From an uncultured delta proteobacterium (GTDB taxonomy: Bacteria > Myxococcota_A > Polyangia > Fen-1088), in contig CAVYGB010000008.1 in assembly GCA_963767925.1 (NCBI GenBank), positions 3,200,001 to 3,264,000 on the forward strand: 64,000 bases of DNA, given 5' to 3'. Positions 19,731 to 29,465 of the stretch are shown piece after piece. Below the pieces are notes generated by a model that had not been told where the DNA came from, made no database searches, and saw only the letters and a list, made by a program, of their open reading frames with translations. Position 1 is the stretch's first letter; the number at the start of each line of letters is the position of its first letter. Made by a program: the position numbers and the translations under genes.

Positions 19731-20357
19731 TCAGGCCGGCTCGATGCCGTGGTGGAGGACGGCGATGACGAGGTCGTGGTCGGGCTCGGCGCGGTAGTCG
19801 TGGACGGTGCCCGCGTCGCGGACGATCCGGCTGCCGGGGCCGAAGCCGCTCTCGCCGTCGCGCAGCGTCCCTTCCAGGACGAAGGTCGTCTCGGACCCGC
19901 CCACGTGCCGGTGGCGGAAGAATGTCACGCCGGCGCGCAGGCGCACCAGCCCCGCCTCCACCCCGGCGGCGCCGGCCAGGCGCGGTCCGGGCGCGAAGTG
20001 CTGGTATTCGATGCCGGGAGCGTAGGTCTGCCAGGTGGCCGACTGATCGATGCGCTCGAGCAGGGCGCGGATCGCCTCGACCTGGAGGTCGAAGATGCGG
20101 CTCAGCTCGGCCAGGAAGGGGAAGGGAAAGGACCGGGTGGGCAGGCCAACCGAGGCGAGGATCCGCGCGCGCAGCGCGAACGATGGCGACACCGGACGCA
20201 GGCTGGCGGCGGCGACCGCCAGGGCCTCGGTCAAGGCCGCCACCTCCCGCCGCAGAGCGGGCGACGCGGCCACCAGGGCCTCCATCTCCCGCATCTCGGC
20301 GGGTGGGAGGATGCCGAGGACGAACTCGGGCAGCCGTTCCGGCACGTCGTCGCTCAC
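19731..20357 (-). CDS. Anti-sigma factor with ChrR-like cupin domain
   Basis: GTG 20357 overlaps the sigma stop; cupin HRHVGGSETTFVLEG...H. Confidence 0.78.
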   Translation of the reverse strand: MSDDVPERLPEFVLGILPPAEMREMEALVAASPALRREVAALTEALAVAAASLRPVSPSFALRARILASVGLPTRSFPFPFLAELSRIFDLQVEAIRALLERIDQSATWQTYAPGIEYQHFAPGPRLAGAAGVEAGLVRLRAGVTFFRHRHVGGSETTFVLEGTLRDGESGFGPGSRIVRDAGTVHDYRAEPDHDLVIAVLHHGIEPA

Positions 20358-20938
20358 GACGGGTCTCCGCCCGCGCCGAGGCCCTGCCGCAGGCTCGCCA
20401 GCGCGCGGGCCAGGCGGGATTTCACCGTACCGGTGGGGATGCCGAGGTGATCGGCGATCCCGGTGCACGATAGACCTTCGAAGTAGGCGAGCTCGACGAC
20501 CTGCCCCAGCTCCTCGGGCAGCTCCGCGATCCGTCCGCGCAGACGCTGGCCGTCGAGCCCCTCGGGCTGACCTGGGGAAGGCGCGTCGGCCTCCTGCGCC
20601 AGCCGCCGATCGCCCTGAGCCTGGCGGGCAGCCGCCGCCCGGCGGTCGAGGCAGCGCGAGCGCATGCGGGTCGAGAGCCAGGCCCGCGCGGTCCCCCGGG
20701 CCGGATCGAAGTCGCGGGCGTGGTGCCAGGCCTCGACGAACGTGTCGTGCAGGACGTCCTCCGCGGCGGACCGGGAGCCCAGGATGCGCAGGCCCAGGGC
20801 CAGCAGCAGGGGGGCATGGCGATCGTAGAGCGCCGCCAGCGCCTCGCGGTCACCGCGGGCGAGCGCCAGACAGAGCGCACTGTCGTCGGGGGCCGACCCC
20901 GCCGCCGACCTGCCGTCGCTCCTCGGCTCCCCCTGCAT
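20354..20938 (-). CDS. ECF RNA polymerase sigma factor
   Basis: GDREALAALYDRH, AEDVLHDTFVEAW, LAYFEGLS, GIPTGTVKSRL. Confidence 0.9.
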   Translation of the reverse strand: MQGEPRSDGRSAAGSAPDDSALCLALARGDREALAALYDRHAPLLLALGLRILGSRSAAEDVLHDTFVEAWHHARDFDPARGTARAWLSTRMRSRCLDRRAAAARQAQGDRRLAQEADAPSPGQPEGLDGQRLRGRIAELPEELGQVVELAYFEGLSCTGIADHLGIPTGTVKSRLARALASLRQGLGAGGDPS

Positions 20939-21034
20939 GGGCCGCAATCTACCAGGGCGGAGGCGCACCCGGCCGGCAAAAACCCCGAGCGGGCCGGCGA
21001 CGGGCGGATCACAGCGGGTAAACTGCAGGTAGCC

Positions 21035-21640
21035 ATGAGCGCCACCGATCCCGTCGCCCTCGACCCCCTCGCCCTGTTCCGCGCCTGGTTCGACGGGGCG
21101 GTCGCCGCCGGGGTTGTCGAGCCGGAGGCGATGGCCCTGGCCAGCGCCACCAGCGCGGGTCGGCCCAGCGTGCGTTACGTCCTTTATCGAGGGGTGAGCG
21201 GCGGGGGGATCCGGTTCTTCACCAACCTCGAGAGCCGCAAGGGCGGCGAGCTGCTGAGCAACCCCCAGGCCGCCGCCGTCTTCCTCTGGAACGCGCCCGG
21301 CCTGCGGGAGCAGATCCGGCTCGAGGGGCGGGTCGAGCGCCTGTCGGCCGCCGAGGACGACGCCTACTTCCTCTCGCGTCCGCGCGGGCACCGCCTGGCC
21401 GCTCTGGCTTCGCCCCAGAGCCGGCCCATCGCCCACGCCGACCTGCTCGCGCGCTACGCCGAGCTCGAGCGGGCGCACGCCGGCCAGGAGGTGCCCCGGC
21501 CCGACAACTGGGGGGGCTTTCGCCTCATCCCCTCGGTCGTCGAACGCTGGATCGCGCAGGACAACCGCCTGCACCGGCGCACCCGCTACCGCCGCCCCGA
21601 CCCCGCGGGCCCCTGGCAGGTCGAGGAACTGGGTCCCTAG
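21035..21640 (+). CDS. pdxH: Pyridoxamine 5'-phosphate oxidase
   Basis: EPEAMALASA, GRPSVRYVL, FFTNLESRKG, YFLSRPRG, RPDNWGGFRL, NRLHRR. Confidence 0.92.
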   Translation: MSATDPVALDPLALFRAWFDGAVAAGVVEPEAMALASATSAGRPSVRYVLYRGVSGGGIRFFTNLESRKGGELLSNPQAAAVFLWNAPGLREQIRLEGRVERLSAAEDDAYFLSRPRGHRLAALASPQSRPIAHADLLARYAELERAHAGQEVPRPDNWGGFRLIPSVVERWIAQDNRLHRRTRYRRPDPAGPWQVEELGP

Positions 21641-21801
21641 TCCCCTGGAACGGTGATTTCTTGCATATCTCGCCGGTCCTCTTCGTCCCTGGCTGCGTTG
21701 CTCGTCGGTTAAATACGCCCGGTATTCGCCCTCCTCGCGCCTTGCCAGGAACGAAGATGCCTCGCCGACATATGCAAGCCTTCACCGTTCCAGGGGACTA
21801 G
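21637..21801. mobile_element. MITE-like fold-back element, copy 2 (165 bp, inverted relative to copy 1)
   Basis: Perfect 20-bp TIR CTAGTCCCCTGGAACGGTGA / TCACCGTTCCAGGGGACTAG. Confidence 0.85.
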
Positions 21802-21842
21802 CGCACCGCAGTCGAAATAGCACTGGGGACTGTTTTCGAAGT

Positions 21843-21875
21843 GGTCGGGCTCCCTCGCTTGGCTCGGGCCCGACC
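21843..21875. repeat. Short REP-like or terminator-like hairpin between convergent genes
   Basis: GGTCGGGCTC-N13-GGGCCCGACC. Confidence 0.35.
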
Positions 21876-21902
21876 GGGCAGCGCCGGACGGCCCGGCGGT
21901 GG

Positions 21903-22481
21903 CTACTTGATCACGGTGGCGAGGCGGAGGAGGTCGCTGCTGAAGGAGGCGCCTTCGGTCTTCGAGGCGGGGAGGTTGATCATGATGGTGGGGCGCGAGT
22001 TGATCAGGAAGACCCCCAGCGAGGCGCCCTTCCTGACGTAGTCCTCGCGGCTGCCCACCGTCACGACCTTGCCCTTGCGGGTCAGCTCCAGGATCTCGCT
22101 CAGGTTCGACTCCAGCCCCGGGCAGACGTAGAGGACGTCGACCGCCTCGGAGCCGGATCCGATGCTGGGCCCGAGGGAGGCGGCGTCCTTGAAGTCCAGC
22201 GCGATCACCCGCAGCGGCAGCCCGGCCAGCTTCAGGTTCCCCACCCCTTTCCAGGCCTTCAGCATGGCGGCGGCGCTCGCCTCGGAGGCGGCGTTGCCCG
22301 GCCTGGACAGGATGGCGATGCGCACCTCGGCGCCGACCCGCTCCTTGAAGTTGTCGTCGTAGACCAGCGCGCGCGAGAGGATGAGCACCTGCTGGTCGGC
22401 GAGGACGTCGTCGGCGGACCGAGCCTCCGGGGAAACCCCGCTGGCGCAGAAGAACGCCAGAGACCAGGCCAGCAAGCGCAC
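21903..22481 (-). CDS. YfiR/DUF4154-family periplasmic protein (start uncertain; ORF open to 22565)
   Basis: Signal peptide; VDVLYV, GASLGV, IMINLPASKTEGASFSSDLLRLATVI. Confidence 0.75.
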   Translation of the reverse strand: MRLLAWSLAFFCASGVSPEARSADDVLADQQVLILSRALVYDDNFKERVGAEVRIAILSRPGNAASEASAAAMLKAWKGVGNLKLAGLPLRVIALDFKDAASLGPSIGSGSEAVDVLYVCPGLESNLSEILELTRKGKVVTVGSREDYVRKGASLGVFLINSRPTIMINLPASKTEGASFSSDLLRLATVIK

Positions 22482-22715
22482 GAAAAAGCGGGTAGGTGCG
22501 GCGCCGTGACCACCGTTTCGCCTACGCAGGCTCCGGGCCAGCGACCAGTCAGACCGCGCTCGCACTTCCGCTTTCCATCACCTTGCGCAGCAGATTAATA
22601 GTAATACGCATCGACCCCCGTGGCCCTCCACAGGGACGCGCGACCAGGAGGATTTGCTCAAACGCCACGGCAGGGGTAGCCGCTTGTGGACAGCGGTGGC
22701 AGGCGACGCCCGCGC

Positions 22716-24572
22716 TCAGGGCAGCGTCACGCCGGCGAGGACCAGGTTGGCGCTGTAGAGGATGTCGGGCTCGGTTGTGGTCCACCACCCGACCTCGTAG
22801 CTCCCCTCGGGCAGGAAACCACCGTCCCAGAGGTCGCTCTGACGCCAGTGCCACAGGGAGTGGGGGGGAAGGCCCGAGCGCAGCGGGCTGGGGTTGTCCC
22901 ACAGCAGCGCCTTGGCCGGCGCTCCCGGCGCGAGAAAGCCCATGTCACGGGCGTTGGGTCCGCCGATGAGGAAGCCGGGCGGCGGCGGCTCGCGGGCGCC
23001 CCACTCGAGGTGGTAGATGCGCGTGGGACCGCGCCCCACACCCGTCACCATCGAGCAGCCGCTCGGGTTGCGCCCGAGCACCCAGTGCCACTGATCGCGG
23101 GCCGCCTCGGCCAGCCAGCTCTCCTCGGGGTGCAGGCGGGCGGCGGTGGCGAGCACGTGGGCCTTCTCCATGAGGTTGGAGTTGTGGCCCCAGTAGTAGT
23201 CGTCGGCGGTGGAGGCGCAGCGGTAGCCGTCGCCCCGCTCGATCTGGCCGCGCATCGACAGGGCCATCTCGAGCAGCCGACCGGCGCTCTCACGGCGCAG
23301 GTCGGCCGGGGTCCCGGCGTCGAGCGCCAGGCCCTGCAGCCCCCAGCGGCTGAGGTTGGCCCAGGCGCCGCGCAGGCAGGCCTCCGATCCGGTCTCGTCG
23401 CCGAGCTGGACGCGTTGCCGGGCGAAGGCAAGCGCCTCGGGATCGCGGAAGGTGCGCCAGACCTCGACGGCCGCCACGAAGCGGGCCCCGAGATCGTTGA
23501 AGGCAGGCTCGTCGTCCCACAGGGGCTGGGCCCCGCCGGCGCGGCGGTCGGCCCGGATCTGCTCGGGGTGCTGGCGCAAGAAGGCCCAGCCCCGGCGGGC
23601 GGCCCCCGCGGCCCGGCGGGCGAACGCCGGATCCCAGTCGGCATACAGGCGGGCCGCCAGGGCCAGCGCGCTCACCGCCTTGGCGCTGGCGGCGGTGCTG
23701 ATGCCGGCCACCCAGCGCACGCTGCTGTCCTGATCGGCGGGCCCCTCGGGCGAGGTGTCGGTCACCGACTCGCGGTGGCGGAAGGCGCCGCCCGGCTCCT
23801 GCATCGAGAGCACCCAGCGCAGGCCCCACTTCACCTCGTCGAGCAGGTCGGGGACGCCGTTGCCCGATTCGGGGATGCCGAGCAGGTGATCGGCGAAACG
23901 TTCGGGCGCCCACTCGTAGGCCATCAGCAAAGCAGAGGCGGCGGGCGCCAGCGAGGGGACGTATATGTCGAAGTTGCCGGCGTCGTGCCAGCCGGCCTCG
24001 AGGGCGAACCGCCGGCGCTTGGCGGGATAGTCGTTGAGATCCCAGCCCACCTCTTCGTGATCGTGGCTGGCGTGCTCGCGCAGGTAGGCCCGTCCCTCCC
24101 AGACCGCGTGGGGCGCCGCCAGCGAGGTGCGGGTGCGCTGGAAATAGAAGCTCTTCTGGGCGGCCAGCAAGCCGCGCTCGTACACGTCGGGCGCCACCTC
24201 GAAGGGCGCGCTCTCGCTGCCGCCACAGGTGAGGACGTAGCGGCCCGGTCGCTGCAGGGCGGAGAAGTCGAGCTGCCAGACCCGCTCGCCCGAGGCGCGA
24301 TCGAGGCCGAAGGCCAGCACCCGGGAGGGGTCCAGGATCAGCGCGGGCGTCGGCTCGAGGGTGATGCGACCGCGCAGGTTGGTGGGGCCGGCGATGCGCC
24401 AGATGGCGGCGTCGGTCGGCTCGACGCTGGCGACGGCGATCTTCCGCCAGGTAGGCGGATAACCGACCGTGTTGACCTTGACCGCAGGGATCTGCTCGCC
24501 CGACCCGGGGAGAGTGGGCGCGCGCTGCGGCCCGTAGCGGCGCAGATCGAGGGCTGCCTGGGGGGCCTTCAT
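22716..24572 (-). CDS. Glycoside hydrolase family 9 with N-terminal CelD-type Ig domain
   Basis: VKVNTVGY, LDFSALQRPGRY, FYFQR, GWHDAGN, PESGNGVPDLLDEVKWGL, YYWGHN, LGRNP, TEPDILYSA. Confidence 0.88.
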   Translation of the reverse strand: MKAPQAALDLRRYGPQRAPTLPGSGEQIPAVKVNTVGYPPTWRKIAVASVEPTDAAIWRIAGPTNLRGRITLEPTPALILDPSRVLAFGLDRASGERVWQLDFSALQRPGRYVLTCGGSESAPFEVAPDVYERGLLAAQKSFYFQRTRTSLAAPHAVWEGRAYLREHASHDHEEVGWDLNDYPAKRRRFALEAGWHDAGNFDIYVPSLAPAASALLMAYEWAPERFADHLLGIPESGNGVPDLLDEVKWGLRWVLSMQEPGGAFRHRESVTDTSPEGPADQDSSVRWVAGISTAASAKAVSALALAARLYADWDPAFARRAAGAARRGWAFLRQHPEQIRADRRAGGAQPLWDDEPAFNDLGARFVAAVEVWRTFRDPEALAFARQRVQLGDETGSEACLRGAWANLSRWGLQGLALDAGTPADLRRESAGRLLEMALSMRGQIERGDGYRCASTADDYYWGHNSNLMEKAHVLATAARLHPEESWLAEAARDQWHWVLGRNPSGCSMVTGVGRGPTRIYHLEWGAREPPPPGFLIGGPNARDMGFLAPGAPAKALLWDNPSPLRSGLPPHSLWHWRQSDLWDGGFLPEGSYEVGWWTTTEPDILYSANLVLAGVTLP

Positions 24573-24626
24573 CGCGCCACCGTCCTTGTGATGACGGATC
24601 GGCGGCCCGTTTCAGGTATCAAAATG

Positions 24627-24651
24627 GCTGAAAGCCACCCTCGCTTTCAGC
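24627..24651. promoter_or_regulatory. Perfect inverted repeat upstream of GH9 (candidate operator)
   Basis: GCTGAAAGC-CACCCTC-GCTTTCAGC, ~55 bp upstream of the GH9 ATG. Confidence 0.45.
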
Positions 24652-24749
24652 GTCGCGCGCGTCGAGATCGCCGCCGGATTTTTCTCGGCAGCGTCGACGG
24701 TGACGCGACTGCCGGAAGCGACGGCGCGCGGGCGCCAGTCCGCTCGGGA

Positions 24750-26576
24750 TCAGCTCTGCGCGTGCCGGAGTGTGTAGAAACGGCGGTATTCGCCGGGGGT
24801 CTGCCCCACCACCTTCTTGAACGAGCGCAGCAGGTGGTGCTGCGACTGGAAGCCGCAGCTCTGGGCGATCTGCTCGGTGGTGAGGGCCGAGGAGGAGAGC
24901 AGCCGCTTGGCGTGCTCGACCCGCAGCGACCGCACGTAAGAGAGGAAGGAGGTGCCGGTGGCTTGCTTGAAGGCCCGCGTGAACACCGGGACCGAGAAGC
25001 CAGCCCGCCGGGCCACCTCGGGCAGGCGCAGCGGCTCGGCGAAGTTCTCCCGCAGGTACTGCAGGGTGGCCTCCAGGCGCAGCACCTTGGGACCGTGCAG
25101 GGCCGAGGTGGAGACCAGGCTCAGGCGAGCGAGCGCTTCCTTGAAGCCCTCGATGACCTGGTACAGCGACTGGGCCTCCTCGAGCTTGCCGACCAGGTCG
25201 TTGGCGAACCGATCGCGGGCCTCGGCCCGGATCGGGTAGCGGCGCTCGATCCCGGTCAGGAGCTGGAACAGCACCGACAGGAACTGGCTGCGGGTCACCT
25301 CGATCCGTCCAGCCGAATAGCTCAGCACGAGCTGGACGTATTTGTCGCTCGCCAGCCGGATGGCCACGTCGCTCTCCCGCTCGAAGGCCTCGACGAGGGC
25401 GTCGACCGCCAGGTGCAGCTCGGCGTAGCGGAGGGTCGAGCCGCTGGCGTGCTCGTCGTAGAACAGCACGTCCTTCTCGAGCTGGGCGCACATGTGCAGG
25501 GCCAGGATGGCCTCGCGGTGGGACGGGTGCAGGGCGGCGCCCGGAGCCAGCGTGCGGCCGATGCCGACGATGGAGCGGACGTGGAACCGCTCCTTTACGA
25601 AGCCCTGGAACCGCTGGGCCCGCTCGCGCAGCTCGAGGCGGGCGCGGGCGGCGTTGCGCCCGGGCTCGGTCGAGGTGACGAGGGAGACGCCGTAGTCCTG
25701 CAGCCGGGTGGCGGCGGTCTCGGGCATCGAGCGGGCGAAGGCGATGAGGGCCCGCTGGATCTGGGCGTTGCGGACCAGGGTGCGCATGGGCTCGACCGCC
25801 TCGTCGGGCGGGTCGATCGGCATGAGGGTGATGGCGGTGGTGGGCAGCCGTTCGATGCCCAGCCCCTCTTTCATCCACTCGGTGAGCCGCCCCTCGTGGT
25901 GCCAGGGGGTGAGCTGGAACTTGTCCGAGCTGAGGGCAGCCCCGATCCAGTCCTCGATGGGCCAGAGGTTGGAGAAGTAGTCGCGGTTGAGGCGGTCGAC
26001 CGACTCCTGGATGCGGGGGCCGTCGTCGGCGTAACGGTTGGTGAGGAAGGAGGCGTAGAGCCGGATGAACGACTTGACCGCCTCGAGCAGGGGCTCCTCG
26101 AGCACCGGCAACGAGAGGGCCATGCGCACGAAGGCCGAGAAGTCCGGGTTGGCGCTGGCCGGCTCCAGGCCCGACAGCTCTCGCCACTGGGCGGTCAGGC
26201 CGTCCCAGTCGGGCGGGACCCGGTAGAACTGGCCGGTGTAGATGAAGGTCCGGCGCTCGTCATCCTCGGGGACGGCGTAGAATAGATCCCAGAAGCCGAG
26301 GATCTCCTTGAGGACCAGGCCCTCGCTGGCCCGCGCCTCCTCGAGCGCCGTCAGGTAGTGCTGGTCGCGCAGCTTGTCCTTGCCGAAGTAGATCTCGAAG
26401 TGAAACGGTTTGGCCCGCTGGCTGGGATCGGTGAGCTCCATCCAGTCGAGCGCGCCGTCGGCCGCTTGCCGGATCACCCAGAAGGGCAGCTCCGGACGGA
26501 GGGCGACGATGTTGTGGATGGCGTACGCGTCCTGAAGAGCGCCCAACCAATCGCGGAGGAGACGCTCGCGAGCCAT
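24750..26576 (-). CDS. Large AraC-family regulator with N-terminal sensor and CdaR-like middle domain
   Basis: C-terminal YLRENFAEPLRLPEVA...LRVEHAKRLL...IAQSCGFQSQ...FKKVVGQTPGEYR; middle VGIGR...SHREAILAL. Confidence 0.85.
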   Translation of the reverse strand: MARERLLRDWLGALQDAYAIHNIVALRPELPFWVIRQAADGALDWMELTDPSQRAKPFHFEIYFGKDKLRDQHYLTALEEARASEGLVLKEILGFWDLFYAVPEDDERRTFIYTGQFYRVPPDWDGLTAQWRELSGLEPASANPDFSAFVRMALSLPVLEEPLLEAVKSFIRLYASFLTNRYADDGPRIQESVDRLNRDYFSNLWPIEDWIGAALSSDKFQLTPWHHEGRLTEWMKEGLGIERLPTTAITLMPIDPPDEAVEPMRTLVRNAQIQRALIAFARSMPETAATRLQDYGVSLVTSTEPGRNAARARLELRERAQRFQGFVKERFHVRSIVGIGRTLAPGAALHPSHREAILALHMCAQLEKDVLFYDEHASGSTLRYAELHLAVDALVEAFERESDVAIRLASDKYVQLVLSYSAGRIEVTRSQFLSVLFQLLTGIERRYPIRAEARDRFANDLVGKLEEAQSLYQVIEGFKEALARLSLVSTSALHGPKVLRLEATLQYLRENFAEPLRLPEVARRAGFSVPVFTRAFKQATGTSFLSYVRSLRVEHAKRLLSSSALTTEQIAQSCGFQSQHHLLRSFKKVVGQTPGEYRRFYTLRHAQS

Positions 26577-26731
26577 TGGATGGAATTACATGCGGGCGGC
26601 GCCCGGTTTTCAACTGCTACCTGCGTCGATGCGGCGATTCGACCGGTTTCCTCCCGGCCGACACGGGACAATAACGCGTCGTGAGTGTAACGGCTCGACG
26701 GCGGGCAGTGTCCTGGGAGGGGAGAAACGAC

Positions 26732-27523
26732 ATGACCAGACCAGCCAAAGCAGCCATTATGACCGCCCTTCCTTTCGGCCTGCTCCTCGGTCTCGCCGGC
26801 GCGCCGAGCGTCGCGAGCGCCCAGATGCGCGGCGGAGGGATGCCGGCGACGCCGGTGGGCCTGCCCCTCGACAAGGTGCCGGTGGGCACCTGGGCCGAAT
26901 ACAGCCTCAAGCGAGGCGATGGACCGGTCCGGACCCTGCGACAGGCCCTCGTCGCCCGCGACAAAGGGACCCACGTCATCGAGACCCGGACGCAAAATCA
27001 GCGCGGGGAGAAGGTCCTCACCCGCAGCATCGTGACGTCCGACCCGACCCAGGAAGGCGGGGTCAAGAAGCACATCGTCCAGATGGGCGACACCGACCCG
27101 ATGGAGATGCCGGTCGCCGGGGGCGGCGGTCCGGGCGGCGGCGGCGGCGAGGGCCGCGGCGGCGGACGGGGCGCCCGCTTCATCAAGCCCGACGCCAAGT
27201 CGCTGGTCGGCAAGGAGACGGTCAAGGTCGCGGCCGGCAGCTTCCAGACCGAGCACTACCGCACCGAGGGCCGGCGCGGCGGCACCATCGACTACTGGAT
27301 CGCCCGCGAGCCGGGCAAGGACGCCGGACCCTTCGGGCTCGTGAAGCTGGAGATGGACCGCCCGGGCGGCGCCGATGGCGACGACGGCGGCAAGCTGGTA
27401 GTGGAGCTGTCGGCGAAGGGCAAAGACGCCAAGCCCGAGCTCACCAAGGCAGCCAAGCCCTTCGACGCCGAAGCCATGCGGGCCCGCTTCGGCGGCGGCA
27501 ACCGCGGCGGCGGCGGCCAGTAA
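26732..27523 (+). CDS. Hypothetical exported protein
   Basis: GGAG RBS; signal peptide ending ASA-Q; GKETVKVAAGSFQTEHY. Confidence 0.75.
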   Translation: MTRPAKAAIMTALPFGLLLGLAGAPSVASAQMRGGGMPATPVGLPLDKVPVGTWAEYSLKRGDGPVRTLRQALVARDKGTHVIETRTQNQRGEKVLTRSIVTSDPTQEGGVKKHIVQMGDTDPMEMPVAGGGGPGGGGGEGRGGGRGARFIKPDAKSLVGKETVKVAAGSFQTEHYRTEGRRGGTIDYWIAREPGKDAGPFGLVKLEMDRPGGADGDDGGKLVVELSAKGKDAKPELTKAAKPFDAEAMRARFGGGNRGGGGQ

Positions 27524-27590
27524 CCCCGGCGCCCGGGGCGCGGTAGCGATCGGCGGGGCGGCCGGCGGCGCCTCCCCTCCTCGGTTGGTC

Positions 27591-29420
27591 TCAGGGTGGG
27601 GCGACGGGGAGCTCCACCCGGAAGGTCGAGCCCCGGCCGGGATGGCTCTCGACCGACACCGTGCCCCCCATGGCGTCGCACAGGTGCTTCACGATGGCCA
27701 GCCCGAGCCCGGTGCCCCCCTGCTCGCGCGAGCGCCCGGGATCGACCCGGTAGAAGCGCTCGAACAGGCGGGGCAGGTGCTTGCTCGCGATGCCGGGGCC
27801 GGTGTCGTTGACCAGGATGTGGACGGTGCTGCCTTCGCCCTCGCCCACCTGGCAACCGCTCACCGTGACCGCGCCCCCCTCGTCGCAGTACTTGACCGCG
27901 TTCTCCACCAGGTTGGTGAGCACCTGCACCAGGCCCTCCCAGTCGGCCAGCACCGGCGGCAGGTCCTCGGGGAAATCGGAGGAGAGCTGCAGGCGGCGGC
28001 GCTCGGCCGGCTCGCGGAACACCGCCAGCACCTCCTCGGCCACCTCGCCCGCCGCCACCGGGCCGATCTCGAGGGGAAGCTGCCCCGACTCGACCCGCGA
28101 CAGGTCGAGGAGATCCCGCACCAGGGTGGTCAAGCGCACGGCGTGCCGGTCGGCGATGGCCAGGAAGCGATCCGCTTCCCCGGGGTCGTGGGTCAAAATG
28201 GTCCGGGCCGTCTCGACCGCCGTGCGCACCGCCGTGAGGGGGGTGCGCAGCTCGTGGGAGACGTTGGCCACGAAGTCCTTGCGGACCGCCTCCAGGCGCC
28301 GGATCTCGGTGACGTCGACCAGCACCACCACCGCCCCGGAGCCCTTCCCGGCCAGGGGCGCGGCGTGGACGAGCAGCCGGCGGGCGCGGGGCCTGTCGAT
28401 CCCCACCTCGCCCGAGGCAGGCCGCTGCCGCAGCAGGGTCTCGTCGACGATGGCGTCCAGGTCGGCGCTGCGGACCGCCTCCAGCAAGGAGCGACCCTCG
28501 AGGCGGGCCCCGGCGTGGATCCGGCGGGCGTCGGCGTCGGTCGAGGACTGGGCCCCCGACAGCAGCAGGACCCGGGCGGCCGGGTTGGCCATCAGGATGG
28601 CCCGGTCGTTGCCTACCGTGAGCACACCCTCCTCCATCGCCTCGAGGATCCGCTCGAGCCGGTCGCGCTCGTCGCGCAGGGCACGCAGGGTGGCGCTCAG
28701 GCTGTCGGCGAGCTGGTCCAGGGTGGCGGCGAGCTGGCCGATCTCGTCCTTCGTCTCGGGGCGGATGCGCACGTCGAGGTTGCCCTGGGCGATCTGGCGG
28801 GCGACGCCGGCGATCGACTGCAACGAACGCCCGATCATCTGGGTGGTGAAGGTGGACAGCGCCACCGCCACCACGAGGGCCAGCAGCGAGCCGCCCAGCA
28901 GCAGCCAGCGCAGGCGGGAGACGGCCTCCTCGACCTCGGTGAGGGGCAGGGCCGCCCGCACCACGAAGGGGGTCCCGCCGACCGTGCTGGTACGCCGGGC
29001 CAGGTACAACATCTCCCGCTTCACGGTGGCGCTGACCCGGGTGCTCGAGCCGTCCCCCTGGGACAGGGCGGTCGCCACCTCCTCCCGGCCGGCGTGGTTG
29101 TCCACCCGGGGCAGCTCGGCGAGGGGGACGCCCGAGTCCCCCACCACCCGCCCGTCCTGATCGACGAAGGTGACCCGGGCGGCGGCCCGGCTCCCCAGCT
29201 CGTCGGCCAGACGATCCCAGCCGGCCAGATCCCCGGGCGGCGGGGGGTGGGCCCTGGCCCAGCCCTCGATCAGCTCCAGCCGCCGGCCCAGATCCTCGCG
29301 CACCCGGCGGGTGTGGTCGCGCTCGAGGGCCCGCTCCAGGAACAGGTCGGCGCTCACCAGCGCGGCGGCGATCAGGCAAGTGGTGACGAGCACCAGCTTG
29401 CTGCGAAGGCCCCAGCGCAT
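27591..29420 (-). CDS. phoR: Phosphate regulon sensor histidine kinase (HAMP-PAS-HisKA-HATPase)
   Basis: [61 protein letters not shown]; directly downstream of pstB. Confidence 0.88.
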   Translation of the reverse strand: MRWGLRSKLVLVTTCLIAAALVSADLFLERALERDHTRRVREDLGRRLELIEGWARAHPPPPGDLAGWDRLADELGSRAAARVTFVDQDGRVVGDSGVPLAELPRVDNHAGREEVATALSQGDGSSTRVSATVKREMLYLARRTSTVGGTPFVVRAALPLTEVEEAVSRLRWLLLGGSLLALVVAVALSTFTTQMIGRSLQSIAGVARQIAQGNLDVRIRPETKDEIGQLAATLDQLADSLSATLRALRDERDRLERILEAMEEGVLTVGNDRAILMANPAARVLLLSGAQSSTDADARRIHAGARLEGRSLLEAVRSADLDAIVDETLLRQRPASGEVGIDRPRARRLLVHAAPLAGKGSGAVVVLVDVTEIRRLEAVRKDFVANVSHELRTPLTAVRTAVETARTILTHDPGEADRFLAIADRHAVRLTTLVRDLLDLSRVESGQLPLEIGPVAAGEVAEEVLAVFREPAERRRLQLSSDFPEDLPPVLADWEGLVQVLTNLVENAVKYCDEGGAVTVSGCQVGEGEGSTVHILVNDTGPGIASKHLPRLFERFYRVDPGRSREQGGTGLGLAIVKHLCDAMGGTVSVESHPGRGSTFRVELPVAPP

Positions 29421-29465
29421 GGACCGGATCAGCCCCTCAGGGCGCGGGCCGGGCCTCGGTCGTCG

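Noticed and set aside
22686..26285. Very long antisense or alternate-frame ORFs (1199 aa here; also 5769-8801, 27585-30035, 44518-46860)
   Set aside because: Shadows of real genes, expected in very GC-rich DNA with few stop codons; no recognisable motifs.
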